DNA of 63,523 nt, filler included, from Octopus bimaculoides (GCF_001194135.2; 5 parts of 3 records of this genome joined end to end with filler, not necessarily neighbours in it); one strand, 5' to 3'; shown: positions 1-13,262, counted from the first letter of the whole stretch. The notes: generated from the sequence alone by a model not told the origin. Made by a program: numbers and translations.

Positions 1-50
<50 letters not shown>
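1..50. repeat. (CT)n microsatellite
   Basis: Pure CT dinucleotide run at the window start. Confidence 0.98.
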
Positions 51-54
<4 letters not shown>

Positions 55-523
55 AAATAACTTCTCTGACATTTCCTATTGATTTTCCTACTGTTCAATA
101 CACGAGACCATCAACAAATGCCATCAATACAATTCCAACAATATACTCCACTTGACTTCATTCTTTTCAATAATCTTCTCAACTTATTGCAAGGATTTAG
201 TTTCCCTAGATTGTGTTGTTGTTTGTCTTATTGTTCTGTTGTTGTTGTTCTTGTTGCTGTTGTTTAGCCCTAAGTCGTTTAGATCGAGTACACCTAAGAT
301 AAAAAGGGTGGAATCTATGCCTTTTCTGTCTCAGGCATTGTGTACCTAGACTACGTTATCCAATAACTTTTCTCTTTTTTAAGACGTTAGAGTGTGATAT
401 GAGGGACATTTTGCGGGACTTCTTTCTTGTTTTTGTTTACTAACTATCTCCCCGAACAGCCCTGATCAGGTAGATCTATAGTCAAATGGATTCCATCCAT
501 GGCCATCTCCTCTCTTTATATTT

Positions 524-800
524 TTATATCAAGGAATATATCATCGAATGTTCACTGTTTTCAAACAGGTAGGTAACATATGAGGATACTTTGACCGCTG
601 CTTCTGACTGGTTGAGCAGGCATATAATGGTATATAAAGATGTGTGTTGACTGATGTTGCATTTTCCGTAATCGAGCAAACCTCTGATCAAAGCATTGCT
701 GCAACCCATCAAGGACTGTTTTGTCCAATGTGTGCCGATATCGAAACACTGCAGTGAGATACGAGGGAGATTTTGCTGCAGCACCTGAACACCAACTTAA
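524..800 (-). mobile_element. Possible highly decayed LINE (I/Jockey-like) RT C-terminal fragment
   Basis: Minus ORF contains ALIRGLLDYG, resembling the 'ALIRSxLDYG' motif downstream of RT in I/Jockey-group LINEs. No other motif is recognisable. Confidence 0.3.
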
Positions 801-1081
801 CGAGTCGTCAAACTTTGCGAAGTGAGAAAATATATTTGTATCTGTTTTGCTAACAGAAACAAGGGCAGGAATGTTTCACTGCTTTATTTCAGGAATAATA
901 AGTTAATGATAGATTTTCGACTCAACACACATCATCAAAGAAATCTAGTATTGGGATTTTGTGGCATCCTGGGTAAAACACAGCAGAAATTCGTTCATAT
1001 CTCTTGACAGGACATGTACTTCCCCCGAGTCATACTACAGTGGTGAACAACGTACTACATATAACTGGGAGTACGTAACTA

Positions 1082-1541
1082 CTCTTTTACTTGTTTCAAT
1101 CATTTGACTGCGGTCATGCTGGAGCAAAGCCTTTAGTCGAAGAAATCGATCCCAGGACTTATTCTTTGTAAGCCTAGTACTTATTCTATCGGTCTTTTTT
1201 GCCGAACCGCTAAGTTACGGGGACGTAAACACACCACCATCGGTTGTCAAGCGATGTTGGGGGACAAACAAAGATACACAAACTTATACACACACACACG
1301 CACGCACACGCACACACACACACACACACNNNNNNNNNNNNNNNNNNNNNNNNNNNNNNNNNNNNNNNNNNNNNNNNNNATATATACGACGGGCTTCTTT
1401 CAATCTTCGTCTACCAAATCCACTCACAAAGCTTTGGTCAGCCCGAGGCTATAGTAGAAGACACTTGCTCAAGGTGCCACACAGTGGGACTGAACCCAGA
1501 ACCATGTGGTTGATAAGCAAGCTACTTACCACACAACCTCT
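1082..1541 (-). mobile_element. tRNA-derived CORE-type SINE with internal microsatellite (family A)
   Basis: Minus strand reads tRNA-like head (GTGTGGTAAGTAGCTTGCTT...GGTTCAGTCCCAC), CORE-like CACCTTGAGCAAGTGTCTTCTACTATAGCC, central (TA)/(TG) tract with gap, and 3' half ending GATTGAAACAAGTAAAAGAG. Many further copies in the window. Confidence 0.9.
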
Positions 1542-1639
1542 ACTAAAGGCTAATGGAATTATATCCCTTATCAACATTCCTCGGACTTGGTGACGGACGC
1601 ATCACATAATTCGTGCCATCATTGTGCCTTTCAAAGCTA

Positions 1640-2060
1640 AAATACTTTAATGTCCCATCCACCTTTAAAGAACATACAAAAAACTAAGAGAAAATTTTCA
1701 GCTGTGCTTTCTTGCTTGAAGATTGATAGTACATATATGCGCATACGTCGTACGATTTTCAGTCAGTCTCCTGAGAAGAACAGCCACCAAAGAAATATCA
1801 TACAACAATTCTTCAAAAATATCTGGCATCATTAGTGAAAGAAAGGTTCACTTTGCTGGGCATGTTAGAGATGTAAGGAGGAGCCGATATTAGTGGCTCC
1901 CTACTACGGATTCCTCGTCATGGTTGCAATCGCATTGATAGCCTTACTAATACATACATCGATCAGTTAACAGATGCCATGTCATCCAAGGGAACTCACA
2001 CATGGCATGGAATATATTGAGATAGATTACTTTGCAGGATCAGGGTCATGCGAATCCGGA
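1640..2060 (+). mobile_element. Decayed RTE/RTE-X-like LINE 3' ORF fragment
   Basis: Frameshifted translation KIDSTYMRIRRTIF...ISGIISERKVHFAGHV resembles the RTE-type C-terminus (LDGxYTRMLR...ERRLRFAGHC). Confidence 0.6.
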
Positions 2061-2941
2061 CAAGGTCGATACTATAACGAGGAGGATCTTGGTTCCTATA
2101 TTTGATTGGCATTTTAAGTTATTGAACTTAGAAATGATGAAACTGGAATTAGAACTCGGTAGGATATGATACTCAGAAGATAAATGGGTGGAATTAAATA
2201 CTGCAAAGTATTTTGTTCAGCGGTCTAATATTTCTGCCAATCATTGGTTCTGTGGATTATAGTGACTTTGAGAGAGAAATAATTATTTCTCTCACAAGTG
2301 CATCTTCCTTCCTGTTTGTCAGACTGACAACTGCCTGATGAGCTTCCCATCAATAATGTAGACAGAGTCACGTGTTTCAAGTTGAAACAGAAACTCCATT
2401 AAATCAATAACGTTGACCTTTATAACCCTAGCAACCAACCTTGACTTAAATGAAACCTTAGCAATACAGTCAATGGACAACTTACAGTATTGACTTAAAC
2501 ATTCCATGGTGGATATTTAGGAGAATTCATTAGAATCTGCTGCGTTTGTGTGACAGCTACGTGTATGTGTGTGTTTGTGTGTGTGTGTTTGCGTGTGTTT
2601 GTGTGTTTGCATGGGTGTTTATATGTGTGTGCGTGTTTGTGTTTACATGTATGCTTGTGAACGGTTGTTTACATACGCATGTTAATGGGATTTGGTTCTA
2701 AATGTGTATGTGTGTGCAAGGAGAGCGGGTGAATTTCTGCTTGCATGCATCTGTAAGTATTTTGCAATCAGTTTTGACAAACAAACTAGTGAAGGATACC
2801 TCTAGAAGGGAAAACTCAACTAGAAGGTATATGCATATAGTAGAGACGTCTCTAACAAGGACATAGTGGAGAAATCTCTTGCAAAGTTTAAGCATACAAT
2901 AAAGACATTTATAGGGTCTGTATATGTGTAGTGGAAACATA

Positions 2942-2952
<11 letters not shown>

Positions 2953-2999
<47 letters not shown>

Positions 3000-3012
3000 G
3001 TGTGTGTGTGTG
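2953..3012. repeat. (TG)n microsatellite
   Basis: Direct read. Confidence 0.97.
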
Positions 3013-3317
3013 TATATCTGTAAAAATAGGTGACACTTATTTTTACAGATAAATTCTTCTATTCACATAATATCGAGGTCTCTTTCTTTCTTTTCTTGTC
3101 CTTTCTATCAATAAATATATATATATATATATATACTATGTATGTGCGTAGGTATGTATGAATGTGTATTGCAGGTATCTCAAGAATGTTCTGTGTGTAC
3201 AGTGGAAACACCTCTAAAAATGTATGTCATGTCATGTCAAGAAGTATATATATATATATATATATGCCCACATATGCATATATATGTATATTGTATATAA
3301 ACACACACACACACATA

Positions 3318-3318
3318 C

Positions 3319-3391
<73 letters not shown>
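3318..3391. repeat. (GATA)n microsatellite
   Basis: Direct read. Confidence 0.97.
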
Positions 3392-3392
<1 letters not shown>

Positions 3393-3794
3393 TTCAGGCT
3401 AAATTTGACGATTTTTATGTCCCCGAAAAAAACTCGATGTATTAGTGAACGGTCAACGGTGTTGGAAAACATAAACATTAAAGTTTTTATTTGAGAAAAA
3501 CTTAGCTGACATGGAATGACTGGAAGCCGTATAAATATTGGAAGAATGTCACTTGTATCATGATGATTCACGTCAAGAGTCAAAATGGGACATGACTGCT
3601 CCTCAATGTTGTGTGAACACTGTGGAAGCTGTAAGATGGAACATAGCTGCAACGGAGATACGAAGCCGTGGCCAGCAGGAAGAGGCACAAAAAGCGTTCT
3701 GACTGCATCCGCATGCTGGAATTTATCCAACAGCTCTAGGTCAGGGCTTTAAGCTCAATTCAAACAGTTTTATAAAACTTCTAGAAAGGTTTAC

Positions 3795-4110
3795 TACTGG
3801 AAGGCCATGAGTAGCAGCATGACTCGGCTCCTTGCCATACCTCCGGAAAGAGTCAGAAATGGCTATCGAAGAATTTCTATGACTTCGTCAGTCCCATTTT
3901 CTGGCCTCTTAATTTTCCCGATTGTAATCCCGTGGATTACTATGTGTTGGGCACAGTTGATCAAGATATTAACCACTCTGCCTACAGTAAAAAGGCCAAG
4001 CTGGTAGCCAAGACCAAGGAGGTCTTCTGAGATCTTCCAAGTGACAGTTTCAGAGCCATCTTGAGATTGTGGTGGAAGCTAGGGGCGGCTAATTTGAGTA
4101 AACTACCTCT
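3795..4110 (+). mobile_element. Tc1/mariner (maT/DD37D-like) transposase C-terminal remnant
   Basis: With frameshifts reads QHDSAPCHTSGKSQKWLSKNFYDF...DCNPVDYYVLG, matching the 'QQDSAPxH ... WPPNSPDxNPxDY' catalytic region. Confidence 0.75.
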
Positions 4111-4634
4111 CACACATAATCTAGTTGATGTTTTTTAATTTTTTTTTACTTACTTCTATTTTGGACGGGAAATTGCCTTTTCTTTTCTTTTTATACACGC
4201 TGTCAAGTTTACCCGTACAACCTGCATATACGCACCTACATGAGAGCTCTCTATCAACGCTTACGCACTAAGTCAAGAATGAAAAAAAAACACGCTTAAG
4301 GTATAGTATATCGAGAGCTATCATTGTGTCCTTCTGCGTTAGAAACCCTAAGATGTTATACTTGAAAGATTTGACTGCTATTTGTAGCAGGTCTAACAAT
4401 ATTTGCTTCATTATTTCTTAATGAATGATGCATTCTCATTAAATATACTACGAATATTACGATTCTTCTTCAAATTTCCTTATCTTTGGTAGATCTGAAT
4501 TATGTACTCTCCCATTCTGCTTCACATAATGCGATCAAGTTTCATTATTGTACCAAATTTTATTTTTTTTCGGCACTCTATAAATTCTGCCAATTCATCA
4601 AGTTTAATAATAGACATGAATTTATTTCTAATGA

Positions 4635-7018
4635 CACTGGTCAACAAGTATTTTTCATCAAGCATATGTCTTAGTGTACTTAGTGTAGTTTTTAATGCTG
4701 ATTTCAAATACACAATTAGTTTTTTTACATAACGTACAGATTTCAAGATGAGAAAGTTTTGGGGGTTTTAGATCAGGCATTATATAGAAATTCCAATTAA
4801 TGACGTGTATGCATGTATTTCAGTTACATCATGGAAACATACCTTTAAAATAAACTACATTTGTCATTGCTGCATAGTTCAGATGCGATATTTCATCATC
4901 TTAAATTAACCAATCAAGTTTTGTCTGATGAAATAGGTATTTCAACATCTCAAATTGTCTAGTTATAATTGGTCTGGTGAAATATTTCATCATCTCAAAT
5001 TCAATTTAAGTATAACCATTTGTATCTATTTCCTTACGTGTTTTACAATGTTAACAACGTCACGACAGTGTAGAAGTGCTTCTGGCGTGTTTCTCTGTGT
5101 AGACAATTTATTGTGAGAGCTCAAAAACGTACAATAATACCGGAGATCAAGAAGATTTATAAGCTATACTTTGACTGTCCTCTTGGAGATCAGGACAAGT
5201 TATAGGCACCACATTTTAACTGCTCAGCTTGTTCAAATGGTTTACGTGACTGATCCAAGAAGAATTCCACGCCTTTTGCCATTCCAAAGATATGGAGGGA
5301 GCTGAAAAACCATTTTGATGACTATTATTTTTGCAAAGCAAATGTCACAGGATTTTCTATGAAACTTTTCTGTAAGATACACAAAATTGTGTATCCCAGT
5401 TTGGATTTTGCAGTGAGACCTGTGCCTCATAATGGAAGTTTGCCAATTCCAGTTCCACCAGATGGTGATATTGAAACATCAGATGATGATACTGACTGTC
5501 ACGCTAGTGCTGCTGAGGAAGATTGCTTGGCTGATGACGACAGCTTTGAACCTCAGAAATTTTCCCAAGCTGAAGTGAATGACCTTGTCAGAGACCTACA
5601 CCTGTCAAAAGATAAAGCAGAACTGTTGGCATCAAGACTGAAGGAGAAATATCTGCTAGAGCACGGTGTTCGTATAAGCTATTTTCGGCAGAGAAATGTT
5701 GTTCTACAAACGTGTTTTTTCTGTTGAAGGTCCGCTTTGCTTTTGCAGTAACATCGATGGACTTTTCGAATGTTTATCACAAAATCCTTATCCTGCAGAG
5801 TGGTGTTTGTTTATTGACTCTTCAGAACGAAGTTTAAAAGTTGTACCTCCCCATAATGGTAATTTGCAGTCTTCCATTCCTATTGCACACTCCGTTTATC
5901 TTCAGGAATCATGTGAGAATATAGAACTTTTACTTCATGTCATTGCCTATGAAAGACACTCATGGAAAAAATGTAGAGATTTAAAAGTCATTGGAATGTT
6001 AATGGGAATGCAGCCACGTTTCACGAAATGCTATTGTTTGTTGTGTCTATAGGATAGTCTGGCAACTGACAGACGTTATTCGGAATCAGACTTGCAGACA
6101 AGAACATCATACCAGCCAAGACTGTCTAAGGCCAAGAATACACCTCCTGTAGATCCATGTAATGTGCTATTGCCTCCTTTGCACATAAAGCTTGGACTTA
6201 TGAAACAGTTTGTAAAGACACTAGGGAAGAGAAATGCCAGAGGGTTTGATTATATTGTAGAGAAGTTTCACAAAATCACACAGGCGAAGTTGAAAGAGGG
6301 TATCTTTGTCGGGCCACAAATTAGAGAAGTACTCAAAGATGTCAACTTCAAGACAACAATGGATGAACAAGAACTGCCTGCTTGGAATGTTTTCAATCGG
6401 ATCTGAGAAAATTTCTTGGGCAACAAGCAAACAAGGGACTAAAAAGATGACATAAATAATCTTCTGAAATATTATTCAGCAATGGGTTGTCGCATGTCAC
6501 TGAAAGTTCACTGCTTGGACTCCCATCTGGATTTTTTCGCAGATAACCTTGGAGCAGTGTCTGATGATATTGCGGAAAGGTTTCACCAGGATATTAGTGC
6601 AATGGAGAAACGGTACCAAGGCTTCTGGAATGAGAGTATGTTGGCTGACTACCTCTGGACACTTTACTGTGATCAACCAGATCAGGAACACCACAGGAAA
6701 TCCAAATAATAATGTTTCTAACTTTGTTTTTCTAACTTTGTCTGTTTAGCCTGACCCATTTTTTGTGTATTCGCTCTTTGTAGAATGATAGTGATGATTT
6801 TTAACTCAATAAACTCATTTACTTTCAAAAAATATGTCCTTATTTAGTACGTTAATTTCATATATACACATATGTAAATATTTGCATATATCTACTGAAA
6901 AGCTGAGACGTGCTGCATACAAATGGAGCAAAATCTTGAAATCAACATAGAATATTAGTCTCAAAAAGGTGCTTTGCATTCATAATGAGTATAATACATT
7001 TAATTTTGTTGACCAGTG
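4635..7018 (+). mobile_element. Full-length Chapaev (Chapaev3-like, CMC superfamily) DNA transposon
   Basis: 13-bp TIRs CACTGGTCAACAA (4635-4647) and TTGTTGACCAGTG (7006-7018). 3-bp flanks TGA/TTA fit a once-mutated TWA TSD. Encloses a disrupted transposase. Confidence 0.8.
5090..6709 (+). pseudogene. Chapaev-type transposase pseudogene (frameshifts and stops)
   Basis: Fragments YFDCPLGDQDK..APH..CS.C, AELLASRLKEK, WCLFIDSSERSLK, LLPPLHIKLGLMKQFVK, MSLKVHCLDSHLDFF and NLGAVSDDIAERFHQDISAMEKRYQG occur in the order typical of this transposase family. Confidence 0.8.
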
Positions 7019-8724
7019 TTATTCCTGTCAATTTATTGAAGACTGTTGTGTTTGAATTCGCTGGGACTACATTCCTGCCAGTAACATGTCACGTTCACCT
7101 CCAGACATTCCTTTAACTGTTTTCGGTCTGCGGCAAGCATGGTTTACATGATAGTTATGGGACTTTTATATTCAGTCTTGAGGAAACAAATACGTCCCAG
7201 CCATTGACAGGTTCTCCTCGACGGAGTAAACGTTCACCTTCAACCACTACAGAATAAACATTTGCATTGCGGGCAATTCCAGAGACTGATCGGAGTGGTC
7301 AATGCAAATCCTGAGATGGTGTAGTACGCACAATACCGGTGATGGGAGAAGTTACCAACATTCACTCGAGGTCTCTAATCAAAGAATATATTTCAATCTA
7401 CCTCCCATCCGTCTCTGAAAATAATATCATTGACATGCCCTTCTCCTATCAAAAATACTTAATGAGAAATTTTCATGTGGGAAATGTTCAGTTTGCTGTG
7501 AGGAGTGTAGATTCTAATGTTTCATCTCCATTAGTGAAAATAACAACCTTTCTTCCTGTCTTTACTCGCATTTGAAGGCCAAATTTTCAAACATTACACT
7601 TCCAATACCCTTTTACGTCTGTCTTCGACATTCTTGCCTTCACACGTGTCTTCAGCCTTCATCACTTTACACCTGTCTTTCAACTTTCTTTCTCTTTATA
7701 CTTATCTTCCACCTTCCATCTTTTGATGATGCTGACAGGCCGACATCACCAGATTCTTCAAATTCCGAATTTAACTCAGTTTCTTTTTTTCCGTAGAATT
7801 ATGTGGAATGCGTGGTAAGTGAGAAGTGTAAATTGTCTCAATTCAATGGATGTCAATACGACACAACTCTAAACGAATATCTTTAAAAAAGGTAGGAAAG
7901 TAGTTTGACATCTTCATATTTGGTTGTTATTTTTTTTTTTTTGCAGTTAACACTCCTCGTTGATATTATAATTTTTGTTGCTGTTGTTTTTTTCTACTTT
8001 GATCAAAGTGTAAACACTATTTTTATGGTATCATTTGAAGGAGATTTGGCGGCTATTTCCTGCAGCCAGAAGGAAAGGTAACATTCAAAGGCTCAGTTTC
8101 ATTACGTTCTGAATATTCATCTCCACACTGCTTACATTGCTTTTCCTCTATCCTGAGTCGATGAAAATGTATTCATTAGTTCCAAACACATCCGTTCTCT
8201 ATATATGTATGTAAATGCAATGTTGTGCCAACTTTAGAAATCAATATTTCATTACTAAATTAGATAAACGTGAAGATTTAATGCAGCTAAGTAATCACAG
8301 GTCTCTTAATTATCTGTATGTGAAGAATCAATTTGGCTATCATAAGTATCGGAATATTAAAATCCTCCTACAGGTGATATTAATGAACATTTTAACGGTT
8401 TCTATTAATATCGAATGCAGTCTAATTAGTGTATTGATTGATTTCTGCTGATTCTTAATCAAGATAGTCTTCTATATCTATATTCACCTTAGCGATATTC
8501 TGTGTCGAAATGGATTCATTTTATTCTTAATGAAATTATCACAGTATGTCATCAGAGAAGAGACAGCTCACTTGAGGTGTGCTGTAAAGGTACGTTTTAG
8601 GTTCTTTGCTATTTATGTAATGTTTTTTTAATACTATTGAAGTTCTGTAGGAGCTTATTATTCAAACTTGGTTTTCATTCTATTCGTAATGCTTTTTTTT
8701 TATTTATATTCCATTTCCAAGTTA

Positions 8725-8935
8725 GACAGCGAGCTAGCAGAATCGTTAGCACGCCGGGAACAACGTGTATCAGCATTTCGTCTGCCTTTACGTACTGGGT
8801 TCGAAATCCGTTGGGGCTGACTTTGCCATTCAACCTTTCAGAGTCGATGGAGTAAGTACCAGTTGAATAGTTGGGATCGATGTAATCAACTTAGCCTATT
8901 TCCTTAAATAGCTGACCTTGAACCAAAATTTGAAA
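8725..8935 (+). mobile_element. tRNA-derived SINE (family B, GCGAGCTGGCAGAATCGTTAGC head)
   Basis: Head GCGAGCTAGCAGAATCGTTAGCACGCCGGG, B-box-like GGTTCGAAATCC, and body AAGTACCAGTTGAA...GATCGATGTAATC shared with about ten other copies. Confidence 0.85.
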
Positions 8936-8967
8936 TCAATATTTCATTTCAGTAATTTTTCAGTATG

Positions 8968-9120
8968 CAGGGCCGTCTTAAAACATGAATACACTGGGCA
9001 GTTGCCCAGGGATCACACGTATCTGGGGAGGGGAGTTGAACTAGGTATGCTGCAGCTTGCTATGAATAAATAAATATTGTAGGGTCCAGTGCACTGATTT
9101 TCCCGAAGGGGGTGGGGGGT
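8968..9120. mobile_element. Truncated MITE end (CAGGGCCGTCTTAA terminus)
   Basis: Begins with CAGGGCCGTCTTAA, a hAT-like MITE terminus. The second end was not found. Confidence 0.4.
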
Positions 9121-9806
9121 CCATATAAAATTTTTGGCTGAGTTGGGTTCCACTTTACCAAAATAGCATATTGGAAATCCAGTGTAGGTTCTGAAATCAC
9201 CTAGTTATCTAATGAAGATCAAATAATATACTACTAACTACCGCCATCACTTCGTAGGAACAAACTTGCCGTAAGTATGAATATGTAGTATAGCCACCAC
9301 GTAGCTCTAACTTCGGTCCCCTCTTGTAGCACCCCTTGAGCAAGTGTTTTCTACCGAAGTTTTAGGCTGACCAAAGCTTTGAATAAAACTGTGTCGACAG
9401 AACTTATTCGGAAGCCTCTTGAATATACTGTATCGGTTTCTTGTGTAACAGACTTAATCGGTGGCCTTGTTTAACACTACTACATGGTGGTTTGTGAGCA
9501 TTTATACTATGGTTCAGACCCGAGAGCAACTTCTTCCCTTCCTCTATCCGTGACGGAGATCTTGAAGAGGACCACAGGTACTGAACTTCTTTTTTCTAAA
9601 TCATGAGAAAAAACGAAAGCAGAATGCTTTGATAACTGTGTCCAAGTTTTTTGTCTTCTACGGCTTTCAGCCGTGACTGAGTGGAACTATGATCATAAGT
9701 GATTCAACTCTCGCTATCACATCATTTATTATGTATTCTTCCTGGTAGAGTATGATTTGAGGGAAATTTAGTTGTCATTTCTTGCGGTTCCAGTAACCAT
9801 CTAGAG

Positions 9807-10083
9807 TTGTGGTTCTCAACCGTATTTTTTACCCATGTACCCCTTTGCTTACTGCTTTCAAAATTCCTATTATATTATGCACTCATTCACTTATATAGAT
9901 TGAACTATGCAATTTTTTTTAACCTGTTACTTGAAATAGATACATTTAACTCAAAACTGTTCATGGACCTTAAATTACTACTGTGAATTTCTGATTTACT
10001 ATTTTACCAGCATAGTTCCCACCCAACAGAAAAATTTTATATGGACTTCTGAGGGTCATATGAACCCCTATTGAGAACCATTG
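9807..10083. mobile_element. hAT (Charlie-like) MITE
   Basis: TIRs TTGTGGTTCTCAAC / TTGAGAACCATTG. 8-bp flanks ATCTAGAG (9799-9806) and ATCTAAAG (10084-10091) fit an NTCTAGAN-type TSD. Confidence 0.8.
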
Positions 10084-10637
10084 ATCTAAAGGCTCCATTA
10101 CTAACTCCTTGACGTTCCTGCAGAACTTTATACTGGTGAAGCGGGATGCTTGGTTTCTATGGCAAATATATAGGCTATCATTTTCAGTCACTAATGATTT
10201 ACAATATCAATATTATTTTTGGCTGTTAGAAAAAAAAAGTATCAGAACTGGCAGAACAGTTGAGAAAAACGCTCTGCGAAATTTAATTACATGCCATAAT
10301 GGCTTGAATTTAAACACCACAGGGACTGATTTACCTTTCAGGATCTTCCAGCATCGATACAATAGGCAGCAGTAATTTCTTGGAAGTCCATCTAATCGGC
10401 TACATTTTCCCATGTAAACGTGCTGCCCTGTTCCAAAGTTTGAAATCAATGTAAGTTATAGTAAATGCTTTCTCAATCACGAAATATGACAAGAATTTCT
10501 TGTTTTGTTTCTTTTTCTTTCTTTCTGAATCACTAAGGAATCCTTAGGCGCACCTAATTTCTAAACTATTGAATACACATGATTATACATACATACATTN
10601 NNNNNNNNNNNNNNNNNNNNNNNNNNNNNNNNNNNNN

Positions 10638-10690
<53 letters not shown>

Positions 10691-10834
10691 ATGTATGTAT
10701 ATACATACACATATATACATATGCATAAATAATATACATATATATACATATGTGTATATACATATATATATATACATATATATATATATACTTATATATA
10801 CATATATATATGTGAACAGATAGATACATATATG

Positions 10835-10873
<39 letters not shown>

Positions 10874-11971
10874 ATAATATATAATATATATGCATCTATG
10901 TATATTTCTTTACAGACAGATGAGACATCAATGAATTATACTGCGTCGAGATATTACATTATATCTGATATCAGATATGCCAAAGCATGGGGATATCAAG
11001 TATTGCGATGTAACACTTCTGAAGCTCAATATTGATCGAAGGATATCATTCAAAATTCTATTAATGTTATATAATTAATTGCTTTCATAGCTTTAATACT
11101 GTTGCTATATTAAATTTCCTTCATATTAAGGAACTTACTACCACTTCCATTGAATATATAACATCATTTTAGAAGTACGGATAGAGTAAAAGGGCATTCT
11201 TCCTTCATATTCCGCAAATAAAGGCACGCGTGTCTTTTCTCATGATCATCTCCAAGCGTCAATCTGGATCAATTTATTCAAATATCACATCAAGTGTCTA
11301 TTATTCTGATATTTCATCTCTTTCGTCTCTTTTACCTAGTGAGTTAATTGCATTTACTTACACTCCACCCAGCCAATGTCCCTTCACATCCTATCTACTT
11401 CTGGCTTAATATGTTTTCACTACACAATTGTTAAGGCTATTTTTCATATTAAGTGATCGGAGCGTTCTATAAATATTATCATTGCATTCAATCATTCGTT
11501 TATTCGATCATTCTCTCGATCAATCGATCATTCCTTCGCTTGTTGATTCCCACGTTTACTTAAATCATTCCCACGGTTGTTTATCCAGTCGTTCATTTGC
11601 ATATATTTCTCGATAGCTAGGAGATGACCTTTGCTACAATTTAGTTACACCAGGTAAAGTGTTAATTCTTTTATCGCTTTCAAATATCAAAATAAAAGAC
11701 GTGATGGCTGGAGCACATCCATGCAAGCCTCATGATATATATGATTTTCGATGGTTAAATCTATGTACTCCAATGTTTCTTTTTAAATCAGCAGCTCATA
11801 CGGCTATGTAAGAAAGTGTGTTTAAGCGTATACGCACTAACATATAAGTTAATGTGGTCAGTGCGTAAAGTATCAATATGTTTGTTTGTGTGTGTATGCG
11901 TGTGTGTGTCTGTGCATGTCTATGTTTGTGTCTGTGTGTGGGCGTGTGTCCATGTGTGGGTCTATGTCCGA

Positions 11972-12020
<49 letters not shown>

Positions 12021-12030
12021 NNNNNNNNNN

Positions 12031-12077
<47 letters not shown>

Positions 12078-12128
12078 CGTGTCCGTCCGTGTGTCTGTGT
12101 GTGTGATTAATACTTCTTAACTCGTTTA

Positions 12129-12345
12129 AGGCGACGAGCTTCCAGAACCGTTAGTACGCCGGGCAAAATGCTTTGCGGCATTTCGTCAGTCTCTACGTTC
12201 TGAGTTCAAATTCCGCCAAGCTTGACTTTGCCTTTCAACCCTTTTGGGGTTGATAAAATAAGTACCACTTGAGTATTGGCGTCGATGTAATCGACTTACT
12301 CGAAGTTATTGGCCTGGTGCCAAAATTTGAAGCCAATATTTCTTA
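12129..12345 (+). mobile_element. SINE family B copy
   Basis: AAGGCGACGAGCTTCCAGAACCGTTAGTACGCCGGGC...GAGTTCAAATTCCGCC. Confidence 0.85.
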
Positions 12346-12399
12346 ACTCGTTACGTCTGTTCATTACATTTCCAGATTATCTCTGTCAAAAATATATGT

Positions 12400-13262
12400 A
12401 TTTTATCTTTTACTTGTTTCCGTCAGTACAGTGTGGTCATAGTGGGCCACCGCTTTTTAAAGCATGGTGCTCATTCTATCCATCTGTTTTGCCGAACGGC
12501 TATGTTACGAGGACGCAAACACACTGACACCGTTTGTCAAGCGGTGGGCGGGGGCAAACATAAACCCAAAGACACACAGGCACACACATTCACATCAACA
12601 CACACGCACACACATATGAGTGTGCGTATATATAGATAATAAAATAATAAATGCGCTCTTTTAAAGCCTAGCCAGGCTCATGGGCCCGGTTTCCCGGTTT
12701 CAATGGTGTATGCTTTCCCCAACTGGACGGGACGCCAGTCCATCGCAGCGTTACTCATTTTTGCCAGCTGAGTGGACTGGAGCAACGTGAAATGAAGTGT
12801 TTTGCTCAAGAACACAACGCATCGGCCGGTCCAAGAATCGAAACCACAATCTTACGATCATGATGCTGACACCCTAACCACTAAGCCACGTGCCTCCACA
12901 TGCGTGTATATATATATATATNNNNNNNNNNNNNNNNNNNNNNNNNNNNNNNNNNNNNNNNNNNNNNNNNNNNNNNNNNNNNNNNNNNNNNNATATTTAC
13001 AAACATACATACATACATACATACATACATACATGCATGCACGTACGCATACATACATACATACATACATACATACATACATACATACACACATACATAC
13101 ATAGATACATACTTCTTTTATTTTCCATCTTCCAAATCCAATGCTTTGGTCGGGCCGAGACTATAGTTGAAGAGACTTGCGCTAGACTCCATGCCGTGAA
13201 ACTGAATCCGGAACCATGTGGATGAGACACAAACCTCTTACCACACAGCCACGCATGCGCCC
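12400..13262 (-). mobile_element. SINE family A copy split by a nested SINE in its central microsatellite
   Basis: 3' half at about 12400-12620 and tRNA/CORE half at about 13103-13262, same orientation, separated by a (CA)/(TA)/(TACA) tract that contains a different SINE. Confidence 0.75.
12644..12899 (-). mobile_element. Young tRNA-derived CORE-type SINE (family C), nested
   Basis: Minus strand: GTGGAGGCACGTGGCTTAGTGGTTAGGGTG (A box), GGTTTCGATTC (B box), TTCTTGAGCAAAACACTT (CORE-like), GCGATGGACTGGCGTCCCGTCCAG, ending in an (ATT)-type tail. Confidence 0.85.

Noticed and set aside
3875-3905. CUGACGA...GAAA on the minus strand resembling a hammerhead core
   Set aside because: No stem II or stem I pairing, and it lies within transposase coding remnant, so a chance match.
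7020-7800. Moderately GC-rich unique-looking stretch with 74-78 aa ORFs and a short ATTTGCATTG/CAATGCAAAT inverted repeat
   Set aside because: The frames I translated on both strands contain stops, with no recognisable motif or convincing splice pair. Probably an old unclassified repeat.
12820-12899. tRNA-like sequences here and at 14368-14416, 43095-43215 and 53782-53850 as tRNA genes
   Set aside because: They lack a complete cloverleaf and continue into SINE or PLE bodies, so they are retroposon heads.
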